Below are positions 1 to 9,403 of a stretch of 64,000 nucleotides of DNA, piece after piece. Source of the stretch: Gammaproteobacteria bacterium (lineage in GTDB: Bacteria; Pseudomonadota; Gammaproteobacteria; Steroidobacterales; UBA11654); NCBI GenBank assembly GCA_029242945.1, contig JAQWSZ010000004.1, positions 8,671-72,670 of the forward strand, in the 5' to 3' direction. Position 1 is the first letter of the stretch. The number at the start of each line of letters is the position of its first letter. Both the position numbers and the translations under genes were made by a program. Under the pieces are notes generated by a model that made no database searches, was not told the origin of the DNA, and saw only the letters and a program-made list of their open reading frames with translations.

Positions 1-2
1 TT

Positions 3-125
3 GGTTATGTTTTAAATGTTGATGAAATTGAGAAAGGCTATGTGCTTGCTTGTCAAAGTGAACTGAAATCTGACATTGAGGTCGAAATAAAATTATTAAA
101 TAGAATAAAAAAGGAGAAAAAATGA
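3..125 (+). CDS. 3' end of a gene encoding a plant-type [2Fe-2S] ferredoxin domain (typical C-terminus of an oxygenase/desaturase reductase component); the 5' end is outside the window
   Basis: Frame 3 reads GYVLNVDEIEKGYVLACQSELKSDIEVEIKLLNRIKKEKK*. 'GYVLACQ' is the characteristic C-terminal block of 2Fe-2S ferredoxin domains. Stop TGA 123-125 overlaps the next ATG (ATGA). Confidence 0.5.
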   Translation, partial: GYVLNVDEIEKGYVLACQSELKSDIEVEIKLLNRIKKEKK

Positions 126-325
126 AAAACATAAAAGCATTTTTATATATGGGTTCTTGGACGTTAATAATAGCAATTATTTTATATTCACAAGGTGCTC
201 ATATTCACTTTCGTGAATTAAATTGGGCTATTGGTACATCTTTGATATTGCTTATTACTCATATGGTTAATATGGCAATCTATTTCAAAGTTGCTGGGAA
301 TGAACCTTATAAATGGTTTAAGTAA
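122..325 (+). CDS. Small (67 aa) two-helix membrane protein, function unknown
   Basis: ORF with two hydrophobic stretches (WTLIIAIILY, GTSLILLITHMVNMAIYF). ATGA overlap with the upstream gene suggests translational coupling. Confidence 0.45.
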   Translation: MKNIKAFLYMGSWTLIIAIILYSQGAHIHFRELNWAIGTSLILLITHMVNMAIYFKVAGNEPYKWFK

Positions 326-352
326 GTTTAAAAAAATTGAGGAGCAATATAA

Positions 353-436
353 ATGATATATCAAGACAATATTGTTCCTAATCGTAGTTTTTATATAGGG
401 AAATTAATAATTAATAACATCAAGAGTAGAGTATAA
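353..436 (+). CDS. Candidate 27-aa small ORF / leader peptide upstream of ompW
   Basis: ATG at 353 is preceded by a strong SD (gaggag, 340-345; 7-nt spacing). It encodes MIYQDNIVPNRSFYIGKLIINNIKSRV*. The stop (434-436) lies inside the 5' arm of the stem described for 428-522. Confidence 0.25.
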   Translation: MIYQDNIVPNRSFYIGKLIINNIKSRV

Positions 437-522
437 CTCTCGCCAACCTGCTGACCTAAGCAAGGTGGACTAGAATGTGGCTTCGGCAACAAAATAGGTC
501 TAGGCAATTGTTATACCACTCT
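428..522 (+). promoter_or_regulatory. Candidate structured RNA leader (closing stem + hairpin + loop pseudoknot) between the small ORF and ompW
   Basis: Hand-folded. The closing stem pairs 428-432/518-522 and 433-437/510-514 (3-nt bulge). The hairpin pairs 443-451/460-468 (8 bp, two 1-nt bulges). Its loop GACCTA (453-458) is complementary to TAGGTC (495-500). A C(UUCG)G mini-hairpin lies at 480-487. No known riboswitch consensus recognised. Confidence 0.25.
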
Positions 523-539
523 AAAATTAGGAGAATAGT

Positions 540-1214
540 ATGCAAAATTCAAAAAAAATAACTTTCAGTTTCTTAGTAATAATCTTTATTTTTTCAGAAA
601 CAATTCTGAGTAATGAAGTAGAGACGATTAATCAAAAAAAAGAGAACTGGATTATAAGAAGTGGATTCACTAATGTTAATCCTCAAACCAATAATGGGGA
701 TGTAGTATCTATTGGTGATCGAAAAAACTTCACAACTTCATTTACCTATCTTTACAGTGATCATATTGGAATTGAATTGTTGGCAGGTCTAGCTTTTAAA
801 CATAATATTTATGACAAAGCGCTCGGAACTGGAGCTAAAATTGCCTCCGCTTCTCACTTACCTCCCACATTGACAGTCCAGTATTATTTTAAGAACAATA
901 GTACGTTCACTCCATATGTAGGTCTTGGTCTTAATCACACACTTTTTTTTAAAGAAAAAACTATTGGGCCTTTGGAAGGTGCTGACTTGAAAATTGGATC
1001 ATCAACTGATTTTGCTTTTCAGCTAGGAGCTGATTGGTCTATTTCTGATCAATTAACACTTAACTTGGATATAAGAAAATTTAAAATTAAATCTAAAGCA
1101 ACGGTCACTAATATAGACAATTCATCACTAAGAGATATTTTACCTAGTGAATTAGTTTTTGATGTTCCTATAGACCCATTAACGATTGGTGCAAATCTTA
1201 CTTGGCATTTTTAG
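540..1214 (+). CDS. ompW: OmpW-family outer-membrane beta-barrel protein
   Basis: 224 aa with an N-terminal signal peptide. OmpW blocks HIGIELLAG, HLPPTLTVQYYF and PYVGLGLNHTLFF. C-terminal ...LTWHF. SD aggaga upstream. Confidence 0.9.
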   Translation: MQNSKKITFSFLVIIFIFSETILSNEVETINQKKENWIIRSGFTNVNPQTNNGDVVSIGDRKNFTTSFTYLYSDHIGIELLAGLAFKHNIYDKALGTGAKIASASHLPPTLTVQYYFKNNSTFTPYVGLGLNHTLFFKEKTIGPLEGADLKIGSSTDFAFQLGADWSISDQLTLNLDIRKFKIKSKATVTNIDNSSLRDILPSELVFDVPIDPLTIGANLTWHF

Positions 1215-1223
1215 TGAACCCTG

Positions 1224-1259
1224 ATGAGATGATCTTAATTCCCCTTAAGATCATCTCAT
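1224..1259 (+). terminator. Hairpin terminator after ompW
   Basis: Perfect 15-bp inverted repeat ATGAGATGATCTTAA / TTAAGATCATCTCAT with a 6-nt loop (TTCCCC), 10 nt after the stop. The trailing T-tract is weak (TTAATA). Confidence 0.6.
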
Positions 1260-1319
1260 TTAATACTCTCCATCTGATAATATAGTTTTTATTATTTAAT
1301 TATATGGAGACTAAAAATT

Positions 1320-1802
1320 ATGCCATCATTGGATATCAAGTCTGAAATAGATTCACATGAGCTACTTAATGCAATAGATCAAGCGAATAGAGTTATCAAC
1401 AATAGGTTTGATTTCAAAGGAAAAGATGCAAAATTTATTTTGGATAATGAAGAAATTACACTATCTTCACAAGAAGAATTTCAAATTAATCAAATGATGC
1501 CAATTCTAAAAGAGTCACTGGTTAAAAGAAATATAGATGTGAAAAGTCTTGATCCTCAGAAAATCGAAGTCTCTAATTTTAATGCTTCGCAGAAAGTATT
1601 GTTAAGACAAGGAATTAATCGAGAGTTAGCTAAGAAAATTACTGCACTGGTTAAAAAATCAAAACTTAAAATACAGGCTCAAATTCAAGGTGAAGAAATT
1701 AGGGTGTCTGGTAAAAAAAGAGATGATCTACAACAGATTATGAAAATAATAAAAGATGGTAAATTTAATATACCACTGCAATTCGTAAATTTTAGAGATT
1801 AA
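1320..1802 (+). CDS. yajQ: YajQ-family (UPF0234) nucleotide / c-di-GMP-binding protein
   Basis: 160 aa. N-terminus MPSLDIKSEIDSHELLNAIDQANRVINNRFDFKG and overall length are typical of YajQ. Confidence 0.9.
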   Translation: MPSLDIKSEIDSHELLNAIDQANRVINNRFDFKGKDAKFILDNEEITLSSQEEFQINQMMPILKESLVKRNIDVKSLDPQKIEVSNFNASQKVLLRQGINRELAKKITALVKKSKLKIQAQIQGEEIRVSGKKRDDLQQIMKIIKDGKFNIPLQFVNFRD

Positions 1803-1807
1803 CTAAA

Positions 1808-2002
1808 ATGATTTGTATTAACGTAGAAATACCAGAAGAAATATGCAATATAGATGATGAATTAAAGGCAATTTATCACAGTAAAAACTCAGTATGTATC
1901 TGGGTTTTCAAATCTCGCGACCATAGAAATAAATTTTTGGATGAAACGATAGGAATGGATAAAGAGCAAAGAGAAAAGTATTTTATTTCAAGATTTAATT
2001 AA
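1808..2002 (+). CDS. Hypothetical 64-aa protein
   Basis: ORF starting 5 nt after the yajQ stop. No recognisable motifs. Confidence 0.4.
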   Translation: MICINVEIPEEICNIDDELKAIYHSKNSVCIWVFKSRDHRNKFLDETIGMDKEQREKYFISRFN

Positions 2003-2031
2003 CATTAAAATAACCTTCACTGCTTTAACTT

Positions 2032-2226
2032 TTAATTAGATTCAGACTCATTAAACCAAGCAATTTTTTTATATTCATTTGCTTGGTCTATTTTCATGAT
2101 AATAGGACTGCAACATACAGAACAATCCTCAACATATTCTTGTTGATCAATGGATAAGTCAATAACCACCGTAATTAATTCACCACAATTAGGGCAATCA
2201 ATTTCCTGTTCTTCAAGAAGAGACAT
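2032..2226 (-). CDS. CPXCG-motif cysteine-rich (zinc-ribbon-like) small protein
   Basis: 64 aa. CPNCG near the N-terminus and CSVCC later, with acidic content typical of the CPXCG family. Confidence 0.7.
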   Translation of the reverse strand: MSLLEEQEIDCPNCGELITVVIDLSIDQQEYVEDCSVCCSPIIMKIDQANEYKKIAWFNESESN

Positions 2227-2333
2227 TTTAATAGGTTGAAATTAAAAATAATATGAGTAGGGCATTAATAGATCCAAAATTAAGTCTTTGGACTAGGTTT
2301 ACTTTTTTTTGATTTTCTAATTGAGGCAATACG

Positions 2334-2399
2334 ATGAAAGATATGAGCCAAACTATAGTTGCAATTATTATTTCCATAATTTTCCTTCTCTTTTTTTAA
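2334..2399 (+). CDS. Candidate 21-aa hydrophobic micro-ORF upstream of glcB
   Basis: ATG 2334 with gagg 8-9 nt upstream. Encodes MKDMSQTIVAIIISIIFLLFF* (one predicted TM helix). Ends 63 nt before the glcB start. Confidence 0.25.
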   Translation: MKDMSQTIVAIIISIIFLLFF

Positions 2400-2462
2400 T
2401 TATTGTAATGTTATCAGAATCTAAAATCTTGATGATGATTTGTTGTCAGGTAGAATAGTCTA

Positions 2463-4607
2463 ATGAAACTAGAAATATCCCAAGATCTACATAGCTTTGT
2501 GAGCAATGAACTCCTCGATGGCCTTGACATCACTCCGGAATATTTTTGGTCTTCATTTGAGAAAATTCTGAGTGAATTTAGTCCACGAAATGAAGAACTA
2601 TTGAACAAAAGAAATCTCATACAATCACAAATCGATCAATGGCATATCAGCAGAAAAGATAAAAATCATGATCATCTTGAGTATAAGAACTTTTTGAAAC
2701 AAATTGGCTATATCCTCGAAGATCAAGGGGACTTCACTATTTCTACTTCTAATGTCGATCCAGAAATTAAAACTATTGCTGGACCACAATTGGTTGTCCC
2801 TGTTATGAATGCAAGGTTTGCACTTAATGCAACCAATGCTCGTTGGGGTAGCTTGTATGATGCATTGTATGGTACAGATTTAATTTCTGAAGAAGGTGGA
2901 GCCAATAGAAGTGATTCATATAATCCTAAAAGGGGTGAAAAGGTTATAACATTTTCTAAAAAATTCTTAGACTCAACCATACCTTTGTCACATGGTTCAT
3001 ATTTGGATATTAAAGAATTTATATTTGAGAATGGTTATTTATCGGTTCTATTAAATGACGATTCTATAACTGACTTAGTTCAACCGGAAAAATATATTGG
3101 CTACATGGAGAAAGAAGAGAACGGATATGGATTATTATTTAGAAATAATAATTTACATTTTGAAATACAAATTGATAAAGAAGATGCTATTGGTAAAACT
3201 GACAAAGCAGGCATTAAAGACATTCTTATTGAGTCTGCAATAACTACTATTCAAGATTGTGAAGACTCAGTAGCAGCGGTAGATGGTCCTGATAAAACCA
3301 TTGTTTATAAAAATCTATTAGGCTTAATGAAAGGAAATCTAAAGGAAACATTTAGAAAAAATGGAAAACATATTACTAGAACATTAAGAGAAGACAGAAA
3401 CTATAAAACTAGAGATGGTTCCTCTTTGACCTTATCTGGTAGGAGTCTGATGCTAATGAGGAATGTTGGCCATTTAATGACAAACCCAGCTGTTCATGAT
3501 GCCAATGGCAATGAAGTACCTGAAGGCATACTTGATGCAATGTTTACAATCTGCATAGCAAAGCATGATCTGATGGAAAATGGCTCTCATAAAAATTCAA
3601 AAACAGGAAGTATTTATATCGTAAAACCTAAAATGCATGGCCCCGAAGAGGTGCAATTCACCTGTGATTTGTTCCATGCTATAGAGACTGCATTAAGCAT
3701 TGAACCGCTGACAGTTAAAATAGGAATTATGGATGAAGAAAGAAGAACCACTGTCAATTTGAAGGAATGTATCCGAGTTGCAAAAGACAGAGTGATTTTT
3801 ATCAATACTGGTTTTTTAGATCGCACGGGAGACGAGATTCATACCAGTATGGAAATGGGTCCAATGATGAGAAAAGATGAAATAAAAAAACAAAAATGGA
3901 TCAGTGCTTATGAAGACTGGAATGTTGATTGTGGATTAGAGACTGGATTCAAGGGGAGAGCTCAAATTGGTAAAGGAATGTGGGCAATGCCAGACGAAAT
4001 GTTAAATATGTACAAGACGAAGGATATGCATCCTAAAGCTGGTGCAAATTGTGCTTGGGTTCCATCTCCAACGGCAGCGTCATTGCATGCAATTCATTAT
4101 CATCAGGTTCTAGTGAGTAAGCAACAAGAACTCTTAGCTGAGAGAACCAAAGCAAGTCTTGATGATATTTTAACAGTACCTATTCTTAGGGATCCTCATA
4201 AGTTAACGCACGATGAAATACAAGCAGAATTAGACAATAATGCTCAAGGAATTTTAGGGTATGTTGTCAGATGGGTTAATGAAGGGGTGGGCTGCTCTAA
4301 GGTTCCCGATATCAATAATGTTGGCTTAATGGAAGACAGAGCAACTTGCAGGATATCATCTCAGCATATTTCTAACTGGCTTTATCATGATTTATGCACA
4401 AAAGAACAAGTCATAGAAACCATGAAGCGTATGGCTGTAGTTGTCGATAAGCAGAATAAAAATGATTCAGGTTATATTAATATGGCCCCTGACTTTAATG
4501 GTGCTGCATTTTCTGCAGCATGCGATCTTGCAGTTGAAGGAAGAGGCCAACCAAGTGGCTATACTGAACCTATTCTTCATGCGAAAAGACTGGAATACAA
4601 AGGGTAA
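2463..4607 (+). CDS. glcB: Malate synthase G
   Basis: 714 aa, full-length resemblance to MSG. Blocks [32 protein letters not shown] and [17 protein letters not shown]. Confidence 0.95.
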   Translation: MKLEISQDLHSFVSNELLDGLDITPEYFWSSFEKILSEFSPRNEELLNKRNLIQSQIDQWHISRKDKNHDHLEYKNFLKQIGYILEDQGDFTISTSNVDPEIKTIAGPQLVVPVMNARFALNATNARWGSLYDALYGTDLISEEGGANRSDSYNPKRGEKVITFSKKFLDSTIPLSHGSYLDIKEFIFENGYLSVLLNDDSITDLVQPEKYIGYMEKEENGYGLLFRNNNLHFEIQIDKEDAIGKTDKAGIKDILIESAITTIQDCEDSVAAVDGPDKTIVYKNLLGLMKGNLKETFRKNGKHITRTLREDRNYKTRDGSSLTLSGRSLMLMRNVGHLMTNPAVHDANGNEVPEGILDAMFTICIAKHDLMENGSHKNSKTGSIYIVKPKMHGPEEVQFTCDLFHAIETALSIEPLTVKIGIMDEERRTTVNLKECIRVAKDRVIFINTGFLDRTGDEIHTSMEMGPMMRKDEIKKQKWISAYEDWNVDCGLETGFKGRAQIGKGMWAMPDEMLNMYKTKDMHPKAGANCAWVPSPTAASLHAIHYHQVLVSKQQELLAERTKASLDDILTVPILRDPHKLTHDEIQAELDNNAQGILGYVVRWVNEGVGCSKVPDINNVGLMEDRATCRISSQHISNWLYHDLCTKEQVIETMKRMAVVVDKQNKNDSGYINMAPDFNGAAFSAACDLAVEGRGQPSGYTEPILHAKRLEYKG

Positions 4608-4611
4608 GGCA

Positions 4612-5466
4612 ATGAATTACACATGTTTTGATTATGAAATAAAAGACCATATTGCACATGTAAATATGTGCAGAGGCGATGATTTCAATACTATGACAAA
4701 ATCTTTCTGGTCAGAGTTACCAACATTGATAGATCAAATTTCTGATCAAGCTGAGGCAAGAGTTGTTTTACTTACAGCCAGTGGTAAACATTTTTGTGCT
4801 GGGATGGATCTAGCTAATTTTGATGAGGGAGTTATTCATTCTGGAGATTCAAAACACAAAGTAGGACAAGGTAGAAAGAACGAAGCTGGATACAGAATAA
4901 CCCGTGATTTACAATATACAATTACTAGCTTAGAAAAATCCAGAATCCCAGTAATTGCTGCTATACAAGGAGCTTGTATAGGAGGTGGCGTTGATTTAAT
5001 TACCGCCTGTGATATTCGTTATGCCACCAAAGATGCTTTCTTTTGCATTCAAGAAATTAATATTGGTTTGGCAGCTGATGTTGGCACTCTACAAAGACTT
5101 CCATATTTAATGAATGAGGGAATTGTTCGTGAGCTTGCACTCACAGGTAGAAAATTCTCTGCAGAACAAGCTTCAGATTATGGTTTGATTAATGAAGTTT
5201 TTGATAATCAAAAAGAGATGATTGAGCATGCTTTAAATATTGCAAAAGAGATAGCTCAAAAAGCCCCACTAGCAGTAACAGGCGTTAAAGAGATTTTGAA
5301 TTATAATCGAGATCATTCTATTGAAGATTCACTGAACTACATAGCGCTTTGGAATAATGCAATGAATTATACTGATGATATGACTGAGGCATTTAAATCA
5401 GAGGCTGAGAGGAGAGAACCAGATTTTGAAAACCTAGTCAAAAGAAAAAAATATTTAGAAGATTAG
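4612..5466 (+). CDS. Enoyl-CoA hydratase/isomerase (crotonase) family protein, dienoyl-CoA-isomerase-like
   Basis: Crotonase blocks GKHFCAGMDL and AIQGACIGGGVDLITACDIRYA. I use ATG 4612 (MNYTCFDYEIKDHIAHV...), 4 nt after the glcB stop, not the track start 4441, which overlaps glcB by 167 nt. Confidence 0.85.
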   Translation: MNYTCFDYEIKDHIAHVNMCRGDDFNTMTKSFWSELPTLIDQISDQAEARVVLLTASGKHFCAGMDLANFDEGVIHSGDSKHKVGQGRKNEAGYRITRDLQYTITSLEKSRIPVIAAIQGACIGGGVDLITACDIRYATKDAFFCIQEINIGLAADVGTLQRLPYLMNEGIVRELALTGRKFSAEQASDYGLINEVFDNQKEMIEHALNIAKEIAQKAPLAVTGVKEILNYNRDHSIEDSLNYIALWNNAMNYTDDMTEAFKSEAERREPDFENLVKRKKYLED

Positions 5467-5472
5467 TTAATT

Positions 5473-6063
5473 ATGTTTAATCCACACATACAAGTTCCAA
5501 AGAAGTTACGTGCCAATCATTCAAAATTCTCTCAATGGATTGGAAGGTTCTTATTACAATTAACTGGCTGGAAAATTAAAGGAGTTTTTCCAGAAGAGGA
5601 ACGTATAGTCTTAGTTGCTGGACCGCATACATCTAACTGGGATTTTATTTTAGCTCTTACAGCTATGTTTGGTTTAAATGTAAATGTACATTGGATCGGG
5701 AAACATACAATTTTTAAAAATGGTTTTTCAAAAATTATGAGAAAATTAGGCGGAATTCCTGTTGATAGGTCCTCTCCTGAGTTATTAATGAATGATATTA
5801 CTGATATTGTTAATAAATATAGAGGAATTATTATTGCTATCTCTCCTGAAGGCACAAGAAAAAAAGTAAAAAAATTAAAATCTGGATTTTTACGTATTGC
5901 TCAAGAAACAAATTCAAAAATTATGCTTGCAGGTATTGATTTTTCAACAAAATGTATTCATTTAAGTGAATTATTTCAACCAACAGGAAACAAAGACGTG
6001 GATTTAGAAACCGTCCAGAATTACTTTAATAATTTTGAAGGAAAAAGACCTGAGTTTTCTTAA
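5473..6063 (+). CDS. Lysophospholipid (1-acyl-glycerol-3-phosphate-type) acyltransferase family protein
   Basis: 196 aa. HX4D acyltransferase motif (HTSNWD) and an ISPEGTR block. Confidence 0.75.
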   Translation: MFNPHIQVPKKLRANHSKFSQWIGRFLLQLTGWKIKGVFPEEERIVLVAGPHTSNWDFILALTAMFGLNVNVHWIGKHTIFKNGFSKIMRKLGGIPVDRSSPELLMNDITDIVNKYRGIIIAISPEGTRKKVKKLKSGFLRIAQETNSKIMLAGIDFSTKCIHLSELFQPTGNKDVDLETVQNYFNNFEGKRPEFS

Positions 6064-6068
6064 ATAAG

Positions 6069-6377
6069 TTATTTAATGTATTGGAAATCTTTTAGTTTTT
6101 TTCTAGCTATAGCAGGTACTTTCTTTTCCACACACCATTGAGCAAGATCCGATCCATCCAATTTATATGCCAATATATATTTTAGGTCTACGCCTGAATC
6201 AAGTATGACTGCATTTATGCTGCCACAGGAAAGGCAAAACAGAGCCATTACCTCTGAACCAGAATAATCAGTATGACTAGACCACATAAAGAAATTAGTT
6301 TCTAGATCTAATTCAATATTATTTTCTATTTCTGCGGATAATCCACAAGCCTGACATTCAACTTTTATTAAAGACAT
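6069..6377 (-). CDS. Hypothetical protein with two CxxC pairs (possible zinc ribbon)
   Basis: 102 aa. CQAC near the N-terminus and CLSC about 40 residues later. No family recognised. Confidence 0.45.
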   Translation of the reverse strand: MSLIKVECQACGLSAEIENNIELDLETNFFMWSSHTDYSGSEVMALFCLSCGSINAVILDSGVDLKYILAYKLDGSDLAQWCVEKKVPAIARKKLKDFQYIK

Positions 6378-6408
6378 GAAGTCCTCCTAAAATTAGTAAT
6401 CATGGCTA

Positions 6409-7809
6409 CTAGTCAGTTCTTTTGTTTTTAATTTTTGCATTCTCTTTATTTCTCCATGCATTCTTTTTACTCTTATTTTTCTTATTAAATGGACTTTTTC
6501 TTTTGTTATTAGAACTTTTTCTTTGATTAGTATTTTTCTTATTTTTGCTTGATGATTTCTTTTTCTTTCTCCAAGGTGATTTTTTATTATCAGAAACTTT
6601 TTTTCTTAATTTTTTATTTTTGTTGTAAGGATTCTTTTTTTGATTACTGTTAGATTTTAGATTTGTTGTATTAAGATGCTGTGTTGTTTCAAAGCCTTCA
6701 ATTTCTTCTCTTGGTATTCTAAAATTTAGTAAACGTTCTATTCCACTCAATAAATTAAAATCATCTGCACAGACCAGTGAAATCGCAGTTCCTTCTTTTC
6801 CTGCTCTGGCAGTTCTTCCAATGCGATGAATGTAATCCTCAGGAACCAAAGGTAAGTCGAAGTTAATAACATATGGAAGTAAACTGATGTCGATTCCCCT
6901 AGCAGCAACATCAGTAGCTACAAGCACTTGAATTTCTCCATCCTTAAAACTTTTTAAGGCTCTACTTCTTGCAGCTTGTGTTTTATCACCATGAATGGCA
7001 TTGGCATTGATTTTCTGTTTATTCAGAACTTTGGTTAATTTGTCTGCACCTCTTTTTGTTTTTGTGAAAACTAGTACACGAAACCATTTCTCTTCTTTTA
7101 TACAGTGTATTAATAGCTCTTTTTTTCTTGCACGATCAACAGGATAGATTATTTGCTTAACTTTCTCAGCAGTGGAGTTTTGAGAAGATATCTGTATTTC
7201 TTTTGGTGAATGCAAAAGTTTTGAGGCCAAAGTTCTTATTTCTCTAGGAAATGTTGCTGAAAATAGTAGATTTTGTCTTTTATATGGCAGTGATTTTATG
7301 ATTTTCTTTATATCTACAATAAAGCCCATATCAAGCATTCTATCGCCTTCATCTAATACAAAAACTTCTACCTCAGATAGATCTACTGTTTTCTGACTTA
7401 AGTGATCAAGTAATCTACCTGGTGTAGCTACAATTATATCCACTCCCATTCTTAACTTATCTTTTTGGGTTTTAATACTTACACCACCATACAAAACCGC
7501 TGTTTTAAAACGTAATTTACTGCCATAATCTCGGAAGCTATCTGCAACTTGTGATGCTAACTCTCTTGTAGGCGTTAACACTAATGCACGTACTCTTCGT
7601 CTTTTTGATTTAGATTTTTGTAATTTATTGAGTATGGGTAGAGCGAAAGCTGCAGTTTTACCTGTTCCAGTTTGAGCCCCAGCTAATATATCCAGACCTT
7701 GAATAATGTATGGTATAGCTTTGCTTTGGACTGGCGTTGCTTTTAAGTAGTTTTTTTCTTGAAGGGCACTCAATAACTCATCTGAAAGTCCAAGCTTGTT
7801 GAATGACAT
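6409..7809 (-). CDS. rhlE: DEAD-box ATP-dependent RNA helicase (RhlE-like) with a long lysine-rich C-terminal tail
   Basis: Q-motif region, AQTGTGKT (motif I), PTRELA (Ia), motif II read as DEGD, SAT (III), HRIGRTARAG (VI). The last ~85 aa are K/N/S-rich low complexity. Confidence 0.9.
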   Translation of the reverse strand: MSFNKLGLSDELLSALQEKNYLKATPVQSKAIPYIIQGLDILAGAQTGTGKTAAFALPILNKLQKSKSKRRRVRALVLTPTRELASQVADSFRDYGSKLRFKTAVLYGGVSIKTQKDKLRMGVDIIVATPGRLLDHLSQKTVDLSEVEVFVLDEGDRMLDMGFIVDIKKIIKSLPYKRQNLLFSATFPREIRTLASKLLHSPKEIQISSQNSTAEKVKQIIYPVDRARKKELLIHCIKEEKWFRVLVFTKTKRGADKLTKVLNKQKINANAIHGDKTQAARSRALKSFKDGEIQVLVATDVAARGIDISLLPYVINFDLPLVPEDYIHRIGRTARAGKEGTAISLVCADDFNLLSGIERLLNFRIPREEIEGFETTQHLNTTNLKSNSNQKKNPYNKNKKLRKKVSDNKKSPWRKKKKSSSKNKKNTNQRKSSNNKRKSPFNKKNKSKKNAWRNKENAKIKNKRTD

Positions 7810-7919
7810 GTTATACCCCTATGAAAGATCAACAGTCTATAGGTTTTTTTATTGAAGATGTGTTTTTATTTGAGAAGAGGGGTTTATTCTTTTGTTTTTA
7901 ATGTATGAATTGCTTTAAA

Positions 7920-8141
7920 TTATTTTTTCATAATTTTAGAAAAATAAGAATGGATCAGAAATGATAATGTCATGCCAGTAGCAAGTATTGCAACAGACAT
8001 TTTACCACGATGTGCTGTCTCGCTAGTCCATGTACCACTGGAGTCAAGTGAATAAAGTATATAGAGAGAAATAAGCCATGGTAAGAATGCTATAGCGATT
8101 TTAATCATTTGAAATGCATGTTTTTTGGGATTTGAAAACAT
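7920..8141 (-). CDS. Small (73 aa) two-helix membrane protein
   Basis: ORF with two hydrophobic segments. No family recognised. Confidence 0.4.
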   Translation of the reverse strand: MFSNPKKHAFQMIKIAIAFLPWLISLYILYSLDSSGTWTSETAHRGKMSVAILATGMTLSFLIHSYFSKIMKK

Positions 8142-8250
8142 ACAAAAAATACTACCATGAAATATATCGATCGTATACGATACTAGTTGGTATATAAATA
8201 CCTCTTATGAAAAACATAATGCTTCTTTTATCTTTTCACAATGAAAATAT

Positions 8251-9150
8251 ATGAGCTTTGATCTTAAAAAAATATTAAAAAATAAAGTCATCAATAGTTG
8301 GAATTTGTTTTCTCTTATTTCTATTCCTATGTGTATTGCCATGATTATCAATTTATTATCAACCGATTTAAATTCGGGACCTGGTATTTCTTCTATGATT
8401 CAATATTCCGTTCGTTGGGCTGTTCCTTTTATTTATTTGGTTGTAGCAGCATCTTCATTACATATACTTTTCCCCAGTTCATTCTCTTCTTGGTTGTTAA
8501 AAAATAGAAAATATATTGGTTTATGCTTTGCTGTTGCAATGGCATGGCAAGGTTTATTTATTTTTATAATGTCTTATTTTTTTCATGACTACTATTACGC
8601 TGATGTTTATTTCCTTAGAGATGAACTTGAAGGAAGTATTGGCTATATTTTTCTACCAGCGATGGTAATTACATCTTTTCATTTTGGTCGTAAATATTTA
8701 AGTTCAAAGCAGTGGACATTGCTTCACAAGAGTGGGGTCTATTTTTTATGGGCTTATCCATTCAGTGTTTATTGGTGGAATCTTTCATATTATGAAGATC
8801 CTGGGGTGATTGATTACCTATTTTATTGGGCTGGATTTACTGCTTTTGCACTAAGAGTGGCAGCTTGGGGTAAAAAAAATAAAATTCATAACCATGAAGA
8901 TTCATCAATGATTGTTAGAATATGTGGTGGATTATTTATTGGTGTTGGTCTTCTTATGTCAGTTACTAGCCTTTATTGGCAAGAATACATAACTTCTTTT
9001 TTAACGGCCACAAATTGGTCAGCAAATCTTGAATTATGGATACCGTTTTGGCCCTTTGAGCCATACTTATCACTAGTATTCATTGCTTTTGGAACAATGC
9101 TTTATATTAAGCCTAGGTATAAGAGTGAATTGGAATCATTTCTGAATTGA
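8251..9150 (+). CDS. Polytopic inner-membrane protein, unknown function (faint ferric-reductase/MsrQ-like feel)
   Basis: 299 aa with about 7-8 hydrophobic segments, aromatic-rich. No diagnostic motif. Confidence 0.5.
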   Translation: MSFDLKKILKNKVINSWNLFSLISIPMCIAMIINLLSTDLNSGPGISSMIQYSVRWAVPFIYLVVAASSLHILFPSSFSSWLLKNRKYIGLCFAVAMAWQGLFIFIMSYFFHDYYYADVYFLRDELEGSIGYIFLPAMVITSFHFGRKYLSSKQWTLLHKSGVYFLWAYPFSVYWWNLSYYEDPGVIDYLFYWAGFTAFALRVAAWGKKNKIHNHEDSSMIVRICGGLFIGVGLLMSVTSLYWQEYITSFLTATNWSANLELWIPFWPFEPYLSLVFIAFGTMLYIKPRYKSELESFLN

Positions 9151-9403
9151 GTTAATACTCTACAATTTCTTATTTTTCTTTTTAAGCTTTCTCAATCTTG
9201 CAAACAATCTCTCTTGTTTTCCTTTGATAATGTCTTTTAGAATATGACGCTTTTTTCGTGCTACTTGGGATTTGAAGTTTCTGATGTCTTTTTTTATCTT
9301 TATTTACCCATTTTTAATCTTTAATAAAATCATATCAAAAATATTCAATTAAATCATTATGTCTAAAAAAAGCATTAAAAACTTTCTATTTTTTTTAGAA
9401 TTA

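Noticed and set aside
2227-2462. Expected glycine riboswitch upstream of malate synthase (as in SAR11)
   Set aside because: I could not find the conserved tandem aptamer cores or any convincing extended pairing. This needs Infernal to be certain.
4441-4611. ORF-track start of the crotonase gene at 4441
   Set aside because: It would overlap glcB by 167 nt and add a non-crotonase N-terminus. ATG 4612, just after the glcB stop, gives a normal-length enzyme.
9151-9403. Very basic minus-strand reading frames in the 253-nt convergent spacer (e.g. ...KKDIRNFKSQVARKKRHILKDIIKGKQERLFARLRKLKKKNKKL*)
   Set aside because: There is no ATG/GTG/TTG start with an SD; the only ATG (ATGGGTAAATAA) stops after three codons. 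The basic character follows from the A-rich strand composition, so I treat the region as non-coding.
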